Shown here piece after piece: positions 1 through 11,020 of a DNA stretch of 64,000 nucleotides. The position numbers and the translations under genes are program-made. Every line of letters starts with the position of its first letter. Positions within the stretch are counted from its first letter, which is position 1. The DNA is from Trypanosoma brucei (Eukaryota). Where the stretch lies: assembly GCA_000002445.1 (NCBI GenBank), contig CH464491.1, forward strand, positions 2,944,001-3,008,000, read 5' to 3'. The notes beneath the pieces were generated by a model that did not search any database, was not told the origin of the DNA, and saw only the letters and a program-made list of their open reading frames with translations.

Positions 1-3000
1 CACCGGTGGATTGTTTTTGACGGACCTGTCGATACACTTTGGGTGGAGTCATTAAACTCCGTTTTGGATGACTCCAAGCTTCTTTGTCTTGACAGTGGTG
101 AGCGCATTAAACTTCCTGATACCATTCATATGTTGTTCGAGGTTGCCGATCTGGCAGTGGCGTCTCCCGCTACCGTGTCAAGGTGCGGTATGGTTTACCT
201 TGACACCACAGATCTTCATTGGAGTGCCGTGGTGCGTCACTGGTCCGAATCCAAACTGGCTGAGGCTGGTGGGGAACCACAGTGCCGTGAGTTCATAGTT
301 TCCCTGTTCGATGCCCATGTGCAGAAAGGGCTTGATTGGCTCGCAATGCAGAAGGTTCTGATTTCGGGTGGCATGGTGAATGTGGTGCAGTCAATGTGCG
401 ATCTCTTTACAGCCTTAATTAAATGCAATAACGTTCAGCTTATGCCCGACCCACGATGTGAGGCAAAGCTCCAACATGACTCCAAAGTTTTCAAAGAGCG
501 CAACGAACTTTGTGGCATCCTGTTTGCCTTCTCTTTTGTATGGTCAATTGGTGGGAACGTGGATGTGGCTTCAATGGACCTGTTTGACACATTTGTTCGT
601 AATTTATTGGAGTCAGTGGTTCGCTTCCCTAATAGTGGTTCTGTATACGATTACACTATTGACTACGGCACGCGACTCTTTGTGCCTTGGGAAAGTCGTA
701 TGGTGGAGTTTAAGTACGACCCGAAGATTCCCTTCTTTGATATACTCGTTCCCACTGTGGACACCATGCGGTACAGCGCGATCGCAAACACATTGATTCA
801 ATATGGCAAGCCGCTACTCTTCAACGGCCAGACAGGTGTCGGCAAAACCGTGATCCTTATGGATCACCTCAGCCGCCATAAGGAAGAGCTGATGTTGTCA
901 GTTATCGTTTTCCAGTTCTCCGCCCAGACATCGTCTGAACGAACGCAGGAACTGATTGAGTCGAAGTTGAAACAGAAGCGCAAGAACATCCTTGGTGCTC
1001 CTCCTGGACGGAAAGTAGTACTTTTCATTGATGACCTCAACATGCCAGCACTCGAGACGTTTGGCGCCTCGCCACCCATTGAACTGCTGCGACAGGTAAT
1101 GGGTAATGGAGGTTTTTATGACCGTAAGATAGCCGGTTTCTGGAAACACGTGCAGGATGTGACTGTTGTAGCCGCATGTGGCCCTCCGGAGGGCGGTCGG
1201 AATCCCATCACGGCGCGGCTGACGCGTCTCTTCCATCTACTGCATATACCTACCCTGAGCGATGAGTCCATGAAACGTGTCTTCCACTCAATTTTGCATG
1301 GGTGCTTCCAGGCGAGGAACTTCAGTATGGAAGTACGGGAGATGGCTAAACCACTTGTCGCGGCTAGTGTTGATATATTCAATAAGGTACGTGATGCAAT
1401 GAGGCCCAAGCCAGCTACACCTCACTACACGTTCAACCTGCGTGATCTGGCCAAGGTATTTCAGGGTGTCACGCAGGTGACTCAACGTGTCTGCAAAACA
1501 CGGTTGTCTATCACACGGCTTTGGATTCATGAGATGTTGCGCTGTTTTTTCGATCGCTTGGCAACGAAGGAAGATCGTCAATGTTTTACGGAGGAGCTCA
1601 TGATGGAGACGATGACGCGTCTCGTCCCTGGAAATCACGTGTATGCTGATTACTTCGAGAACAAGCCACTCGTCTGGGGTGATTTTCTGCGCATTGGTGC
1701 ATCAGAGAGAGTATACGAGGAGTTACCGGATGTTAGCAAACTTCCCAGTCTTTTTGAGGAGTATCAGGATGACTATAACACGTTTTTGACTGGAAGTGGT
1801 ATTGGGGCTTCGTCTGGGGGTGGTGGTGAAGAGGACGAAGGCGGCTCGGGAGGAGGGGCGTCGTCGTTGAATCTAGTTTTCTTCAAGGATCACTGTGAGC
1901 ATTTAGTGCGCATCATCAGGATCCTGCGGCAGCCCCGTGGTAACGCGCTGTTGGTGGGTGTTGGTGGCTCTGGCAAGCGGTCGCTAACACGACTTGCTGC
2001 GTATATTGCTGGACGGCAAACAGTTGAGATTTCCGTTGGAAAGGGTTACTCTATGAATGAATTTCATGAGTTCCTTCTTGAGCTGTATACTACCACCGGT
2101 GTGAATTGCAAGCCTACGGTGTTTCTGCTCTCCGACAACCAAATCGTACACGAGGGAATGCTGGAGGACGTGAACAGTATGCTAAACTCGGGCGAGGTTC
2201 CGTCACTTTTCACGGCTGAAGAGCGCGAGAAACGTGTCAATGCATGTCTGGAAGCTGCGCAACAGCGCGGTTTCGTAGATCGGGACGACGTCTACAACTT
2301 TTTCATTTCACGTGTCCGGGACAACACGCACATCGTCCTTTGCATGAGCCCCGTTGGAGACACATTCCGTGCCCGTTGCCGCCAGTTCCCATCTCTCACT
2401 AATTGCTGCGCCATAGATTGGTTTGATGAATGGCCGCACGAGGCGCTTCTTGGTGTGGCACAACAACTGTTTGACGACGAAGAAGATGGCATCTCGAACG
2501 AACTTCTACCCGTATTGGCCCCACTCTGTGTAGATATTCATACGGCAGTGATTGAGGTGGCGCACGAGTACTGGGAGGAATTGCGACGGCGCTACTACAT
2601 TACTCCCACCTCATATTTGGAGTTCATTGATTTTTACAAGGATCTGTACACCACACAACGCAAGTTATTGGAGGAACAGCTTTCTCGTGTTATCAACGGA
2701 AAGGAGAAGATGAAGGAGACCGACGAGACAATTGCCAAAATGCGCGTCGAGATTGAGACAAAAAGACCGCTGCTGGAGAAGGCGTCAAAGGAGACTGAAG
2801 AGGTCGTTGCTGATCTATCTGTGAGGCAGGCGCGGGCAAGTGAGGTGCAGGTTCAAGTGCGCGCCCAGCAGGACAGTGCTGCTGACCAGCAGAGGCATGC
2901 CTCGAAAATCGCTAACGAAGCTAATGCTCGTCTTGCCGAGGCCAAGCCTATCATTGACAGGGCTAAGGCTGCGCTAGACACCATTCAGGCCAGCGACTTA

Positions 3001-6000
3001 AATGAGCTGCGCTCCTTTGCGAACCCACCTTCAGCAGTTCTGAAGACGGCACAGGCTTGCATGGTGATGTTTGATCCGAAAGACTTCGGTGGTGCATGGT
3101 CGGGAAACACCGACTGGAAAGGCGCACGCGAATTTTTGTCGTACCGTCAGCTCCTCGATATGATTCGCAGCTATCCCACAGACAACGTGAAACCAGCTAT
3201 CTTGCAGAAAATGCAGAAGTACGTAAACGATGAGGAATTCACAGCAGAGATATGCTCCCAGAAGGGTTCTCAGACTTGCGGAAATCTTTGTTTGTGGGTG
3301 CATGCTGTAAATGAGTACTCCAAGGTTGTGAAGGAGGTGGCGCCCATGCGTGAAGCCGCGGCGGAAGCGGAGAGGCATCTTTCCGAAACGAACGCGAAAC
3401 TTCTATCTGCTCAGGAGACGCTTCGGGGCGTTGAACAAGAACTCGTGGAGCTGCAAAAGAACTACGAGAAGTCCCTCAAGCGGAAAAATGATCTGGAAGA
3501 AGGTTTGAAGGTGTGCATCAGGCGACTTGAGAATGCGGAGAGCCTGTCTAATTCTCTGAAGAGTGAGGGCGCCCGGTGGGAAGAGAACATTAATCAACTG
3601 AAGAAGCGCTTGGAAGCCTTACCGTTACAGATGTTTATGGCGAGCGCATGTGCCGCCTACTTTGGTGTTTTTACTCCACGTTTCCGTAAGCGTCTGGTTC
3701 GCATTTGGGTGGAAAAACTGGCACAGCGCGGCTTCGATGCTGCGGACTTTAGCTTGCCCAACACTTTGGGTGATCCCATGGATATTCTAACTTGGCAAAT
3801 TAATGGTCTTCCCACAGACGAGAGCTCAACGGAGAATGCTATAATTGCGTCTCTCTCAACGGCACCACGGCGCTGGCCGCTTTTCATTGATCCACAAGAA
3901 CAGGGTGTGAAGTGGCTACTGCAGCAGTACGCCACACCGGGGACTGGAGGAGGGGGAGGAGGAACAAGTCCTAGCGGTGTGCTGGGTAGTGGTGGTGCAA
4001 AGGGTTTGGCAAAACCCGTGCCCTCTGTCAAGGTAATCAAACTAACCGAACCAACCTGGATGCGTACTTTAGAAACACAAATTCGCCTTGGTGGCATCGT
4101 TATTTTGGATGATGTTGGAGAGACGCTTGACCCCGCATTGGACCCACTGCTTTCGCGGCGTATTTTCGCGTCAGAGGGTGGCGTCCCACAGATTCGACTG
4201 ACACCCAACACTGGCCCCATTGACTACAATCCAAATTTCCGATTCTTTATTTGCACAAAGTTTCCGAACCCGCATTACTTGCCAGATATCAGCACTCGCG
4301 TCGCGCTACTCAATTTCACCGTTACCATTGACGGCTTGGAGGACCAGTTGCTTGGAGAGGTGGTTGCTATAGAGAAGCGTGAGTTGGAGGAGGAGAAGAA
4401 TCACATCATTCAAAGCATTTCACTTGGGCAAAAGAAGCTGAAGATTATTGAAGAGACTATCCTTGGGAAATTGAAGTCTACTCAGGGTAATATTCTTGAC
4501 GACAGTGATCTTATAGCAGAGCTTAAATCTGCCCAGTCCAATGCGAAGGTCCTCAGTGAAAATCAGAAGGAGGCCAACGAAAAAATGACAATCATCACAT
4601 CGACGCGTGACCGTTACCGCGACGTCGCTGCCCGTGCCTCAGTGCTGTTCTTCGTGCTGGCAGATATTTCCCGCATTGATCCTATGTACCAATATTCGTT
4701 GCAGTTCTTTGTGAAACTTGTGCAAAATGAGGTGCGTGTTACAGGGAAACCGGATGACTTTTCGGAGGAGGACCCAGTGGTACTGCAAGCACACCTTGAA
4801 AAAATTGTTTCGAGGTTAACTGTAGCCACGTACGAGCAGGTGTGCCGTGGTCTTTTCAACAAGGACAAGATCATTTTGTCGCTTCTCATATGTACTGCTA
4901 TTGAGCGGCACGGCAGGAGACTACCAGATGACGAGTGGCAGTATTTGGTTCGTGCGTCTGCCTTTGTACCCAATGAACTGCCACCATTACCCGAGGAATT
5001 GTCATATCTCACCAGGCAACAATGGGAACTTGCCAACGCTCTCTTCGTCCATGTCCATTGCTTCAGTGAACTTGGCAAAGACCTCCTTGAAAATGGTGAG
5101 TTATGGAAAAATTTTATTTTGTCCGAGTCACCGCAAGGGGCAGAACTCCCTGGAAAATGGGGGCAGACGCTTAATCCTTTCCGCCGCATCTTGCTTATCC
5201 GTTGCTTCCGTGAAGAGAAGCTTTTCTTCTCCGTGATAGATTACGTGAGCAAGGCAATGGGCCAAAGATTTGTAGAGCCTCCACCGTTCAACCTGGAGGT
5301 GGCACTTGCTGATAGTTCCCCGACAGTACCGATAGTGTTTATCTTATCTCAGGGAGCCGACCCCATGGGTGCCCTTCAGGCGTTTGCACAAAGCCAGGAG
5401 CAGAAACTGCAGTATGTTTCGTTAGGTCAGGGTCAAGGGGAGAACGCAAAGAGGCTAATTGCGTCGTGCAAAAAGGAAGGTGATTGGGCCCTTCTGCAAA
5501 ACTGTCACTTGTCCAAAACGTTCATGCCCGAGTTGGAGCAGCAGGTGGCTCTTCTACTCCAATCAGGAGATACACTCCACCCCAACTTCCGTCTGTGGTT
5601 GACTTCGATGCCGACGGATTTCTTCCCTGTGTTTGTGCTTCAAAACAGCGTTAAGCTGACAAATGAACCCCCAACCGGCCTCAAAGCGAATATGGTTCGG
5701 TGCTTTGGTGAAATTACGGAGGAGGAGTTCAACGTTTTCAGCGAAGGCCAAACAATGGGTGAGTTCTCCAAAGATTTTGCCTTCAAAAAGTTGTTGTATG
5801 GTCTTTGTTTCTTCCACTCGGTTGTGTTGGAGCGCCGCAAGTTCGGTCCACTCGGGTGGAACGTGAAGTATGAATGGAACGACACCGATTTCCATGTGTC
5901 GAAGCAATGGCTGCGGCTCTTCTTTGAAGAACAGGACGTTATCCCGTGGGAGTCACTCGAGTATATTATTGGGCAGATCAATTACGGGGGTCGTGTGACT

Positions 6001-7179
6001 GATCCTCTTGACCGCGGTACGTTGCAGACCATTCTTCGACGATACATTTGCCCTGGCATCATGCAGGCCGATTTCAAGTTTAGCCCAAGCGGTCTGTATT
6101 ACGCTCCTGATGCGGTTAGACTTGAGGGTTTCATGGATCACATCCAAAAAATGTCCTTGGTAGACGAGCCGGAGGTGTTCGGCATGCACACGAATGCGAA
6201 CCTACGTTATCAGCTGCAGGTCTCGCAGTATTTACTGAACACCGTCACCTCCATCCAACCGCGGTTGGTAGGTGGGGGTGGTGCACATAAGGGTGATGGC
6301 GATGGGGGTAATGCTTTAACACCTGAAGAGGAAGTGAAGCGGAAATGTGAAGAATTTGAGGCCACATTACCGGAAATTCTCACACGTGAGGAGGCTGGCC
6401 CACGGAGCTTTACGACACTAGAAAGTGGACTGCCTAACTCCATGTCCACTGTTCTGACGCACGAGCTAGTGAAGTACAACAAGTTAATTCAAACGATGCG
6501 GAAGTCGCTGCACGATCTTCAGAAGGCACTGCAGGGTCTAACCGTTCTTTCAACGGATCTGGACGCTATGCATGAATCGTTCCTCACGGACCGAGTTCCA
6601 CAACTGTGGAGCGCTGTGGGTTACGTCTCCCTGAAACCTTTAGGTGCTTGGTACCGTGACTTTTTAGCGCGCGTCGATTTTATCCGTACGTGGTTGCGGA
6701 AGGGTGAACCCAATAGCTTCTGGATTGGTGGCCTCTTTAACCCAAGTGCGTTCATGACCGGTGTCTTTCAAGCCTTTTCTCGCGCCGAAGGGGTATCAGT
6801 CGACAAGTTGGGATTTCGGTTCGAAGTTATTAGCAGGGAACCCTCTGAAATTGATGAGGGACCTCTACGTGGTTGCTATGTTCACGGCATTCACACCGAC
6901 TCCTGGAGGTGGGATGCGGCAAGCGGCGTCATGACGGACTCATTGCCTGGGGAGCCGTACGCAACACTGCCAGTTGTTCACTTCTTGCCGGAACCTCACC
7001 ACCGCACGGGGGAGGGATGGCAGCGTATACCACTTTATCGAACGGTGATTCGCGCGGGTGTCATATCGTCTCTCGGTGCAAGCTCAAACTATGTCCTTTC
7101 AATTGAAGTGCCTACTGACAAGGAAACGGACTACTGGCAACTTATGGGGGCAGCTTGTGTGTGCGCTCTCGCTGTTTAG
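1..7179 (+). CDS. Dynein heavy chain, C-terminal ~2390 aa (5' end truncated by the window edge; the frame is open from nt 1)
   Basis: The frame-1 translation from nt 1 reads WIVFDGPVDTLWVESLNSVLDDSKLLCLDSGERIKL, the canonical dynein AAA-module motif. An AAA4-type P-loop LVGVGGSGKRSLTRLAAYIAG is present at about nt 1945-2010. A long coiled-coil stalk lies at about nt 2640-3600, followed by the AAA5/AAA6 and C-terminal regions. The stop codon TAG is at 7177-7179. The track's start at 43 is a GTG artefact; the gene continues upstream of the window. Confidence 0.9.
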   Translation, partial: HRWIVFDGPVDTLWVESLNSVLDDSKLLCLDSGERIKLPDTIHMLFEVADLAVASPATVSRCGMVYLDTTDLHWSAVVRHWSESKLAEAGGEPQCREFIVSLFDAHVQKGLDWLAMQKVLISGGMVNVVQSMCDLFTALIKCNNVQLMPDPRCEAKLQHDSKVFKERNELCGILFAFSFVWSIGGNVDVASMDLFDTFVRNLLESVVRFPNSGSVYDYTIDYGTRLFVPWESRMVEFKYDPKIPFFDILVPTVDTMRYSAIANTLIQYGKPLLFNGQTGVGKTVILMDHLSRHKEELMLSVIVFQFSAQTSSERTQELIESKLKQKRKNILGAPPGRKVVLFIDDLNMPALETFGASPPIELLRQVMGNGGFYDRKIAGFWKHVQDVTVVAACGPPEGGRNPITARLTRLFHLLHIPTLSDESMKRVFHSILHGCFQARNFSMEVREMAKPLVAASVDIFNKVRDAMRPKPATPHYTFNLRDLAKVFQGVTQVTQRVCKTRLSITRLWIHEMLRCFFDRLATKEDRQCFTEELMMETMTRLVPGNHVYADYFENKPLVWGDFLRIGASERVYEELPDVSKLPSLFEEYQDDYNTFLTGSGIGASSGGGGEEDEGGSGGGASSLNLVFFKDHCEHLVRIIRILRQPRGNALLVGVGGSGKRSLTRLAAYIAGRQTVEISVGKGYSMNEFHEFLLELYTTTGVNCKPTVFLLSDNQIVHEGMLEDVNSMLNSGEVPSLFTAEEREKRVNACLEAAQQRGFVDRDDVYNFFISRVRDNTHIVLCMSPVGDTFRARCRQFPSLTNCCAIDWFDEWPHEALLGVAQQLFDDEEDGISNELLPVLAPLCVDIHTAVIEVAHEYWEELRRRYYITPTSYLEFIDFYKDLYTTQRKLLEEQLSRVINGKEKMKETDETIAKMRVEIETKRPLLEKASKETEEVVADLSVRQARASEVQVQVRAQQDSAADQQRHASKIANEANARLAEAKPIIDRAKAALDTIQASDLNELRSFANPPSAVLKTAQACMVMFDPKDFGGAWSGNTDWKGAREFLSYRQLLDMIRSYPTDNVKPAILQKMQKYVNDEEFTAEICSQKGSQTCGNLCLWVHAVNEYSKVVKEVAPMREAAAEAERHLSETNAKLLSAQETLRGVEQELVELQKNYEKSLKRKNDLEEGLKVCIRRLENAESLSNSLKSEGARWEENINQLKKRLEALPLQMFMASACAAYFGVFTPRFRKRLVRIWVEKLAQRGFDAADFSLPNTLGDPMDILTWQINGLPTDESSTENAIIASLSTAPRRWPLFIDPQEQGVKWLLQQYATPGTGGGGGGTSPSGVLGSGGAKGLAKPVPSVKVIKLTEPTWMRTLETQIRLGGIVILDDVGETLDPALDPLLSRRIFASEGGVPQIRLTPNTGPIDYNPNFRFFICTKFPNPHYLPDISTRVALLNFTVTIDGLEDQLLGEVVAIEKRELEEEKNHIIQSISLGQKKLKIIEETILGKLKSTQGNILDDSDLIAELKSAQSNAKVLSENQKEANEKMTIITSTRDRYRDVAARASVLFFVLADISRIDPMYQYSLQFFVKLVQNEVRVTGKPDDFSEEDPVVLQAHLEKIVSRLTVATYEQVCRGLFNKDKIILSLLICTAIERHGRRLPDDEWQYLVRASAFVPNELPPLPEELSYLTRQQWELANALFVHVHCFSELGKDLLENGELWKNFILSESPQGAELPGKWGQTLNPFRRILLIRCFREEKLFFSVIDYVSKAMGQRFVEPPPFNLEVALADSSPTVPIVFILSQGADPMGALQAFAQSQEQKLQYVSLGQGQGENAKRLIASCKKEGDWALLQNCHLSKTFMPELEQQVALLLQSGDTLHPNFRLWLTSMPTDFFPVFVLQNSVKLTNEPPTGLKANMVRCFGEITEEEFNVFSEGQTMGEFSKDFAFKKLLYGLCFFHSVVLERRKFGPLGWNVKYEWNDTDFHVSKQWLRLFFEEQDVIPWESLEYIIGQINYGGRVTDPLDRGTLQTILRRYICPGIMQADFKFSPSGLYYAPDAVRLEGFMDHIQKMSLVDEPEVFGMHTNANLRYQLQVSQYLLNTVTSIQPRLVGGGGAHKGDGDGGNALTPEEEVKRKCEEFEATLPEILTREEAGPRSFTTLESGLPNSMSTVLTHELVKYNKLIQTMRKSLHDLQKALQGLTVLSTDLDAMHESFLTDRVPQLWSAVGYVSLKPLGAWYRDFLARVDFIRTWLRKGEPNSFWIGGLFNPSAFMTGVFQAFSRAEGVSVDKLGFRFEVISREPSEIDEGPLRGCYVHGIHTDSWRWDAASGVMTDSLPGEPYATLPVVHFLPEPHHRTGEGWQRIPLYRTVIRAGVISSLGASSNYVLSIEVPTDKETDYWQLMGAACVCALAV

Positions 7180-7184
7180 TTGTG

Positions 7185-7330
7185 CGGGGTGCGCTGCTTT
7201 ATGTCGTGTTTTTTTTTATTTTTTCTGGGTTTTGGCAAAGATAAAGTGCGGCTCAGAATGTTTTTTCTTTTTCGCCGTTATACGTTTAGATTTTTGTGTA
7301 GAATGTATCATTTAAGAGGCACCACTTCAA
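7185..7330 (+). promoter_or_regulatory. T-rich polypyrimidine tract region downstream of the dynein stop; likely kinetoplastid polyadenylation/trans-splicing signal region
   Basis: The sequence shows runs such as tttttttttatttttctgggttttgg and ttttttctttttcgcc. In kinetoplastids, polyY tracts followed by an AG direct splice-leader addition for the downstream gene and polyadenylation of the upstream gene. No experimental evidence is available here. Confidence 0.35.
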
Positions 7331-8036
7331 TTTCCCCTTTTGTGAATGTGTGTGGGGTTTGTAATTGACTTCCTCCGGAAGGACTCTTCCCACTCTATAC
7401 AAACTTGAAAAAAGAATAAAACGAAGTAAAGAAACTGTGGAAACCAGATATTACGGGAGTTTGTTCTCCCCCCCTCGCTTCCCCACGAAAATGGCAGCAG
7501 ATTTATCTGATATCTTTATAAGTTATGGAGCACTCTGCATGTAGTTGCTTGCAAATGTATGCGTGGGATGATAATAGCACGCGACGGCGCAAATTAGATG
7601 TACACACTCGTGACTGGAGGCGCCACAGAACCTATGGAGTGAGGCGGTATACCTGTGATTGAGTTTGTATCCCTTTCCTCTCACATTTATTTCCCTTCCT
7701 TTTCATACAGTTCCCTCCCCCAATGCATATGTATCAGTATAGAGGGTTGATGTTTTTACATGTCTTGTTACACGGTGCGCACTGGAACGAAATAGAAAAC
7801 GAACCCGGACACACAAAGAAGGTGACTCTGTGTATCGCTGTTGGGGCAATACCTTTTTGTCTTTCTGTTTCCGAAGTTGCACCCCTCCTAGGAGCATCGG
7901 GGGGAAGTTTTCATGTGTACTGATGAGGAGGAGTTTGAGTGGTTAAATATGGACAGTGATTGCCGTCACAACATTTACTTTCATTTTGTTTCTCACTTTT
8001 GACTATTTTTAGGTCGTCAGTAAGTGAAGGGCAACA

Positions 8037-8606
8037 ATGGTAAAGGCAAACTACATCCGTGCTGGCCGCCTTGTGCGCATCCTTCGTGGTCCCAGGCAGA
8101 ACCGTGTCGGCGTGATAGTCGACATCGTTGACGCCAACCGCGTCTTAGTGGAGAATCCTTGCGAGCAAAAGATGTGGCGTCATGTGCAAAACCTAAAGAA
8201 CGTCGAGCCTCTAAAGTTCTGTGTCTCCATCTCTCGCAACTGCAGCACCAAGGCACTAAAGGAGGCGCTCGAGTCAAAGAAGGTCCTTGAGAAATACGCC
8301 GCCACAAAGTCTGCCGTCCGCATCGCGGCGAAGAAGGCTTTTGCCGAATCAACTGATTTCGAGCGCTACCAGCTGCGTGTTGCCAAGCGGTCTCGCGCCT
8401 ACTGGGCACGCAAGATCTTCGACGATAACGACAAAAAGAACCCCGTCTCGTGGCACAAGGTTGCACTTAAGAAGCTTCTCAAGAACGCTAAGAAAGTGGA
8501 CAGCACGCCGGCTGCCAAAAAGCGCGTTGAAAAGGCCCGTGCAGCCCGCAAGGCCAGACTTGCTGCCGGTAAGTCCAAGACTAAGGTGGCTGCCAGTAAG
8601 AAATAG
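8037..8606 (+). CDS. RPL14: 60S ribosomal protein L14 (eL14)
   Basis: The 189-aa product begins MVKANYIRAGRLVRILRGPRQNRVGVIVDIVDANRVLVENP, which is the KOW-like N-terminus of eL14. The C-terminal tail is Lys/Ala-rich. The ATG at 8037 was verified and lies downstream of a polyY tract. Confidence 0.85.
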   Translation: MVKANYIRAGRLVRILRGPRQNRVGVIVDIVDANRVLVENPCEQKMWRHVQNLKNVEPLKFCVSISRNCSTKALKEALESKKVLEKYAATKSAVRIAAKKAFAESTDFERYQLRVAKRSRAYWARKIFDDNDKKNPVSWHKVALKKLLKNAKKVDSTPAAKKRVEKARAARKARLAAGKSKTKVAASKK

Positions 8607-8927
8607 TTGGGCAAGCTTCTTCACTGACGAAAAATGTTTTGATTTGAGTTGTTCTTTTCTTATTTATTTGACGAATGTGGTTATCCGCCCATCGTTAACA
8701 CTAAGGCCATTCGATAGCCTGTGTTTTTGGAACTACAGGGTGCACTGGCAACAGGGCCGTACGGTGATGGGTGGCACCTCTTATTGCCGTGTATGAATAT
8801 ATGCACATATGTGTGTACCTACGAGCTGTTTCCCTCCTTTCCATTCTTCATCTCCTTTGAGTATAGCCCCGTGTTTTCCCAACTTGTAGAGGAGCCTGTG
8901 GGTAAATAATATACCTACCTAAATTAG

Positions 8928-9566
8928 ATGTACAAGATAGATGGCGACGGCCTGCCTAACGCAGCGTGCGAAACGTTTGACGAGTTGGTGCTGAGGTGGA
9001 TGGACACAGTGCAGGGTCTTTGCAAAGAGGACCGCCTCCGTGTGTTGCGGCGCACACATGAATCCTTGGTGGGGCGGACCGATTCCGACAAAACACGAGC
9101 TGTGGTGAAAGCAGGCGCGGCACTAAGAGCTGCAGAGGCGCTTACGGACCCCCGCATGCTTCGGCAGATAGCCGTTTCTATTTCAAAAGGATGTACCGCT
9201 GCTGCGACGGAGGGGTATTTGGCACCTTGCTGTATGCTAACAATGCGAATTGGGTCTTGTGTGGTGCAGCGGCTCACCTCCGTGGGGGAAATTTCATCAG
9301 CACTTGCTGCGCAGAACATGGCCGCGAGCAAACAGTGGGGCATCGTTAGTGAATCCCAGGCATGGGTACTTGATTGTGGTGAAAGAACCTGTCTTTGCGT
9401 GTGGACAGTGTTTGCAACCGAAGGTGGGGTTGGGAGAGTTACATTTCACGACGAACACCTGTTTGATGCGTGTGCTCGTGTTACCCTCATTGAACGAACG
9501 CTGCTGGTCGATTGCATAGCCGCTGACGATGAGGTACAGACCGTACTGCCGTTGTGCACTTCGTAG
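8928..9566 (+). CDS. Hypothetical protein (212 aa), no recognisable domain
   Basis: ATG-initiated ORF on the same strand as the surrounding transcription unit. It overlaps a minus-strand ORF (8924-9343), which is judged the shadow because of the + strand polycistronic context. Coding status is uncertain. Confidence 0.35.
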   Translation: MYKIDGDGLPNAACETFDELVLRWMDTVQGLCKEDRLRVLRRTHESLVGRTDSDKTRAVVKAGAALRAAEALTDPRMLRQIAVSISKGCTAAATEGYLAPCCMLTMRIGSCVVQRLTSVGEISSALAAQNMAASKQWGIVSESQAWVLDCGERTCLCVWTVFATEGGVGRVTFHDEHLFDACARVTLIERTLLVDCIAADDEVQTVLPLCTS

Positions 9567-9747
9567 GCCTCTTTTTCGACTTTTGCTTCCTCCACCTCCC
9601 GCTTTTCCCACCACCACCTCCTTGCGCAGAACGCTTGCGTGGGGGTTCCACCTCCCTCAAGAGCCATTCGCTACGCCCCTCATTGTCTCAGCAATGCCGT
9701 GCGCGCCGTCCATGTACGTGATGTCACGATTACCACTTAGATATAAC

Positions 9748-9830
9748 CTGTTCTTTGTTGCTATTTTTCTTTTTTTTTTTTGCATACTTTTTTTTGTTAA
9801 TTTTCGTTTTATGATTGTTTTTGACCCTGT
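9748..9830 (+). promoter_or_regulatory. Polypyrimidine tract (ctatttttcttttttttttttgcatacttttttttg...) upstream of the MDH gene; candidate trans-splice acceptor region
   Basis: A long T/C run lies about 200-280 nt upstream of the ATG at 10034. Confidence 0.35.
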
Positions 9831-10033
9831 TATCATACCACACTTCCTCACGTTTCTGCCACTGCCACCGCTTGCGTGTGCTTTTGCGCACGTACCAATG
9901 CGTATAACATTTTTGATTAAATGCAACCACGAAAACTTTCCCCCTTTTTTAAATGTCCCACAGGAGAGGCCTGCCTGTGACTTGTCCGTAAAAGAATAAT
10001 CAAATACTGGCATCGTGAGATATATACGAAAAG

Positions 10034-11020
10034 ATGTCTAACACATGTAAGCGTGTGGCTGTTACGGGGGCAGCGGGACAAATTGGTTACTCGCTGCTAC
10101 CACTTATTGCAGCAGGGCGTATGCTCGGTTTCGACCAGCGCGTGCAGCTGCAGCTATTGGATATTAGCCCGGCTCTGAAGGCGCTTGAGGGGATTCGAGC
10201 TGAACTTATGGATTGTTCTTTCCCTCTACTGGACGGCGTCGTTATTACAGACGAACCAAAGGTTGCCTTTGACAAGGCTGACATTGCCATTCTCTGCGGC
10301 GCCTTCCCGCGCAAACCGGGTATGGAAAGGAGGGATCTACTGCAGACAAATGCAAAAATATTTTCCGAGCAGGGTCGCGTGCTGGGTGAAGTTGCATCGC
10401 CCAATTGTCGTGTCTGCGTCGTGGGCAATCCAGCGAATACAAACGCTCTCATTCTGCTCCGTGAATCAAAGGGCAAGCTTAATCCCCGATTCGTGACGGC
10501 GCTTACTCGACTGGACCACAACCGCGCTACCGCCCAAGTGGCTGAGCGCGCGCGTGCCCGTGTTGAGGAGGTTAAAAATTGCATTATTTGGGGTAACCAC
10601 AGCGGCACTCAGGTGCCAGATGTCAACAGCGCAACTGTTGGTGGGAAGCCCGCGCGCGCTGCCGTGGATAACGGCGCTTTTTTTGACAATGAATTCATCA
10701 CAATCGTTCAGGAACGGGGAGCTGAGATAATGAAGCTACGAGGACTCTCGTCAGCACTATCAGCTGCGAAAGCAATCGTGGATCATGTTCACGACTGGAT
10801 GCTGGGCACGCCTTCCGGGACCCACGTGTCGATGGCTGTGTACTCCGACGGCAATCCCTACGGAGTACCTGGTGGCCTCATCTTTTCTTTCCCCGTTACT
10901 TGCAGTGGTGGGGAGTGGCAAATTGTCAGTGGACTCAATGTGACGCCCGCGATCTCCGAGCGCATTAAAGCAACAACAACGGAGCTCGAGGAGGAACGTA
11001 GAGAGGTCTCCACAGCCTAG
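10034..11020 (+). CDS. cMDH: Cytosolic NAD-dependent malate dehydrogenase
   Basis: 328 aa. The N-terminal Rossmann motif is [21 protein letters not shown]. The IWGNHS and catalytic-region motifs are typical of cytosolic MDH/LDH-like enzymes. Confidence 0.9.
   Translation: MSNTCKRVAVTGAAGQIGYSLLPLIAAGRMLGFDQRVQLQLLDISPALKALEGIRAELMDCSFPLLDGVVITDEPKVAFDKADIAILCGAFPRKPGMERRDLLQTNAKIFSEQGRVLGEVASPNCRVCVVGNPANTNALILLRESKGKLNPRFVTALTRLDHNRATAQVAERARARVEEVKNCIIWGNHSGTQVPDVNSATVGGKPARAAVDNGAFFDNEFITIVQERGAEIMKLRGLSSALSAAKAIVDHVHDWMLGTPSGTHVSMAVYSDGNPYGVPGGLIFSFPVTCSGGEWQIVSGLNVTPAISERIKATTTELEEERREVSTA

Noticed and set aside
3657-5189. Long minus-strand ORFs inside the dynein heavy-chain gene (3657-4220, 4614-5189 and others)
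   Set aside because: They are fully contained in a 7-kb sense ORF with clear dynein motifs and have no independent support.
8924-9343. Minus-strand 139-aa ORF overlapping the + ORF 8928-9566
   Set aside because: The transcription-unit context is + strand. Neither ORF has a recognisable domain. The + ORF was kept only at low confidence and the minus ORF was dropped.
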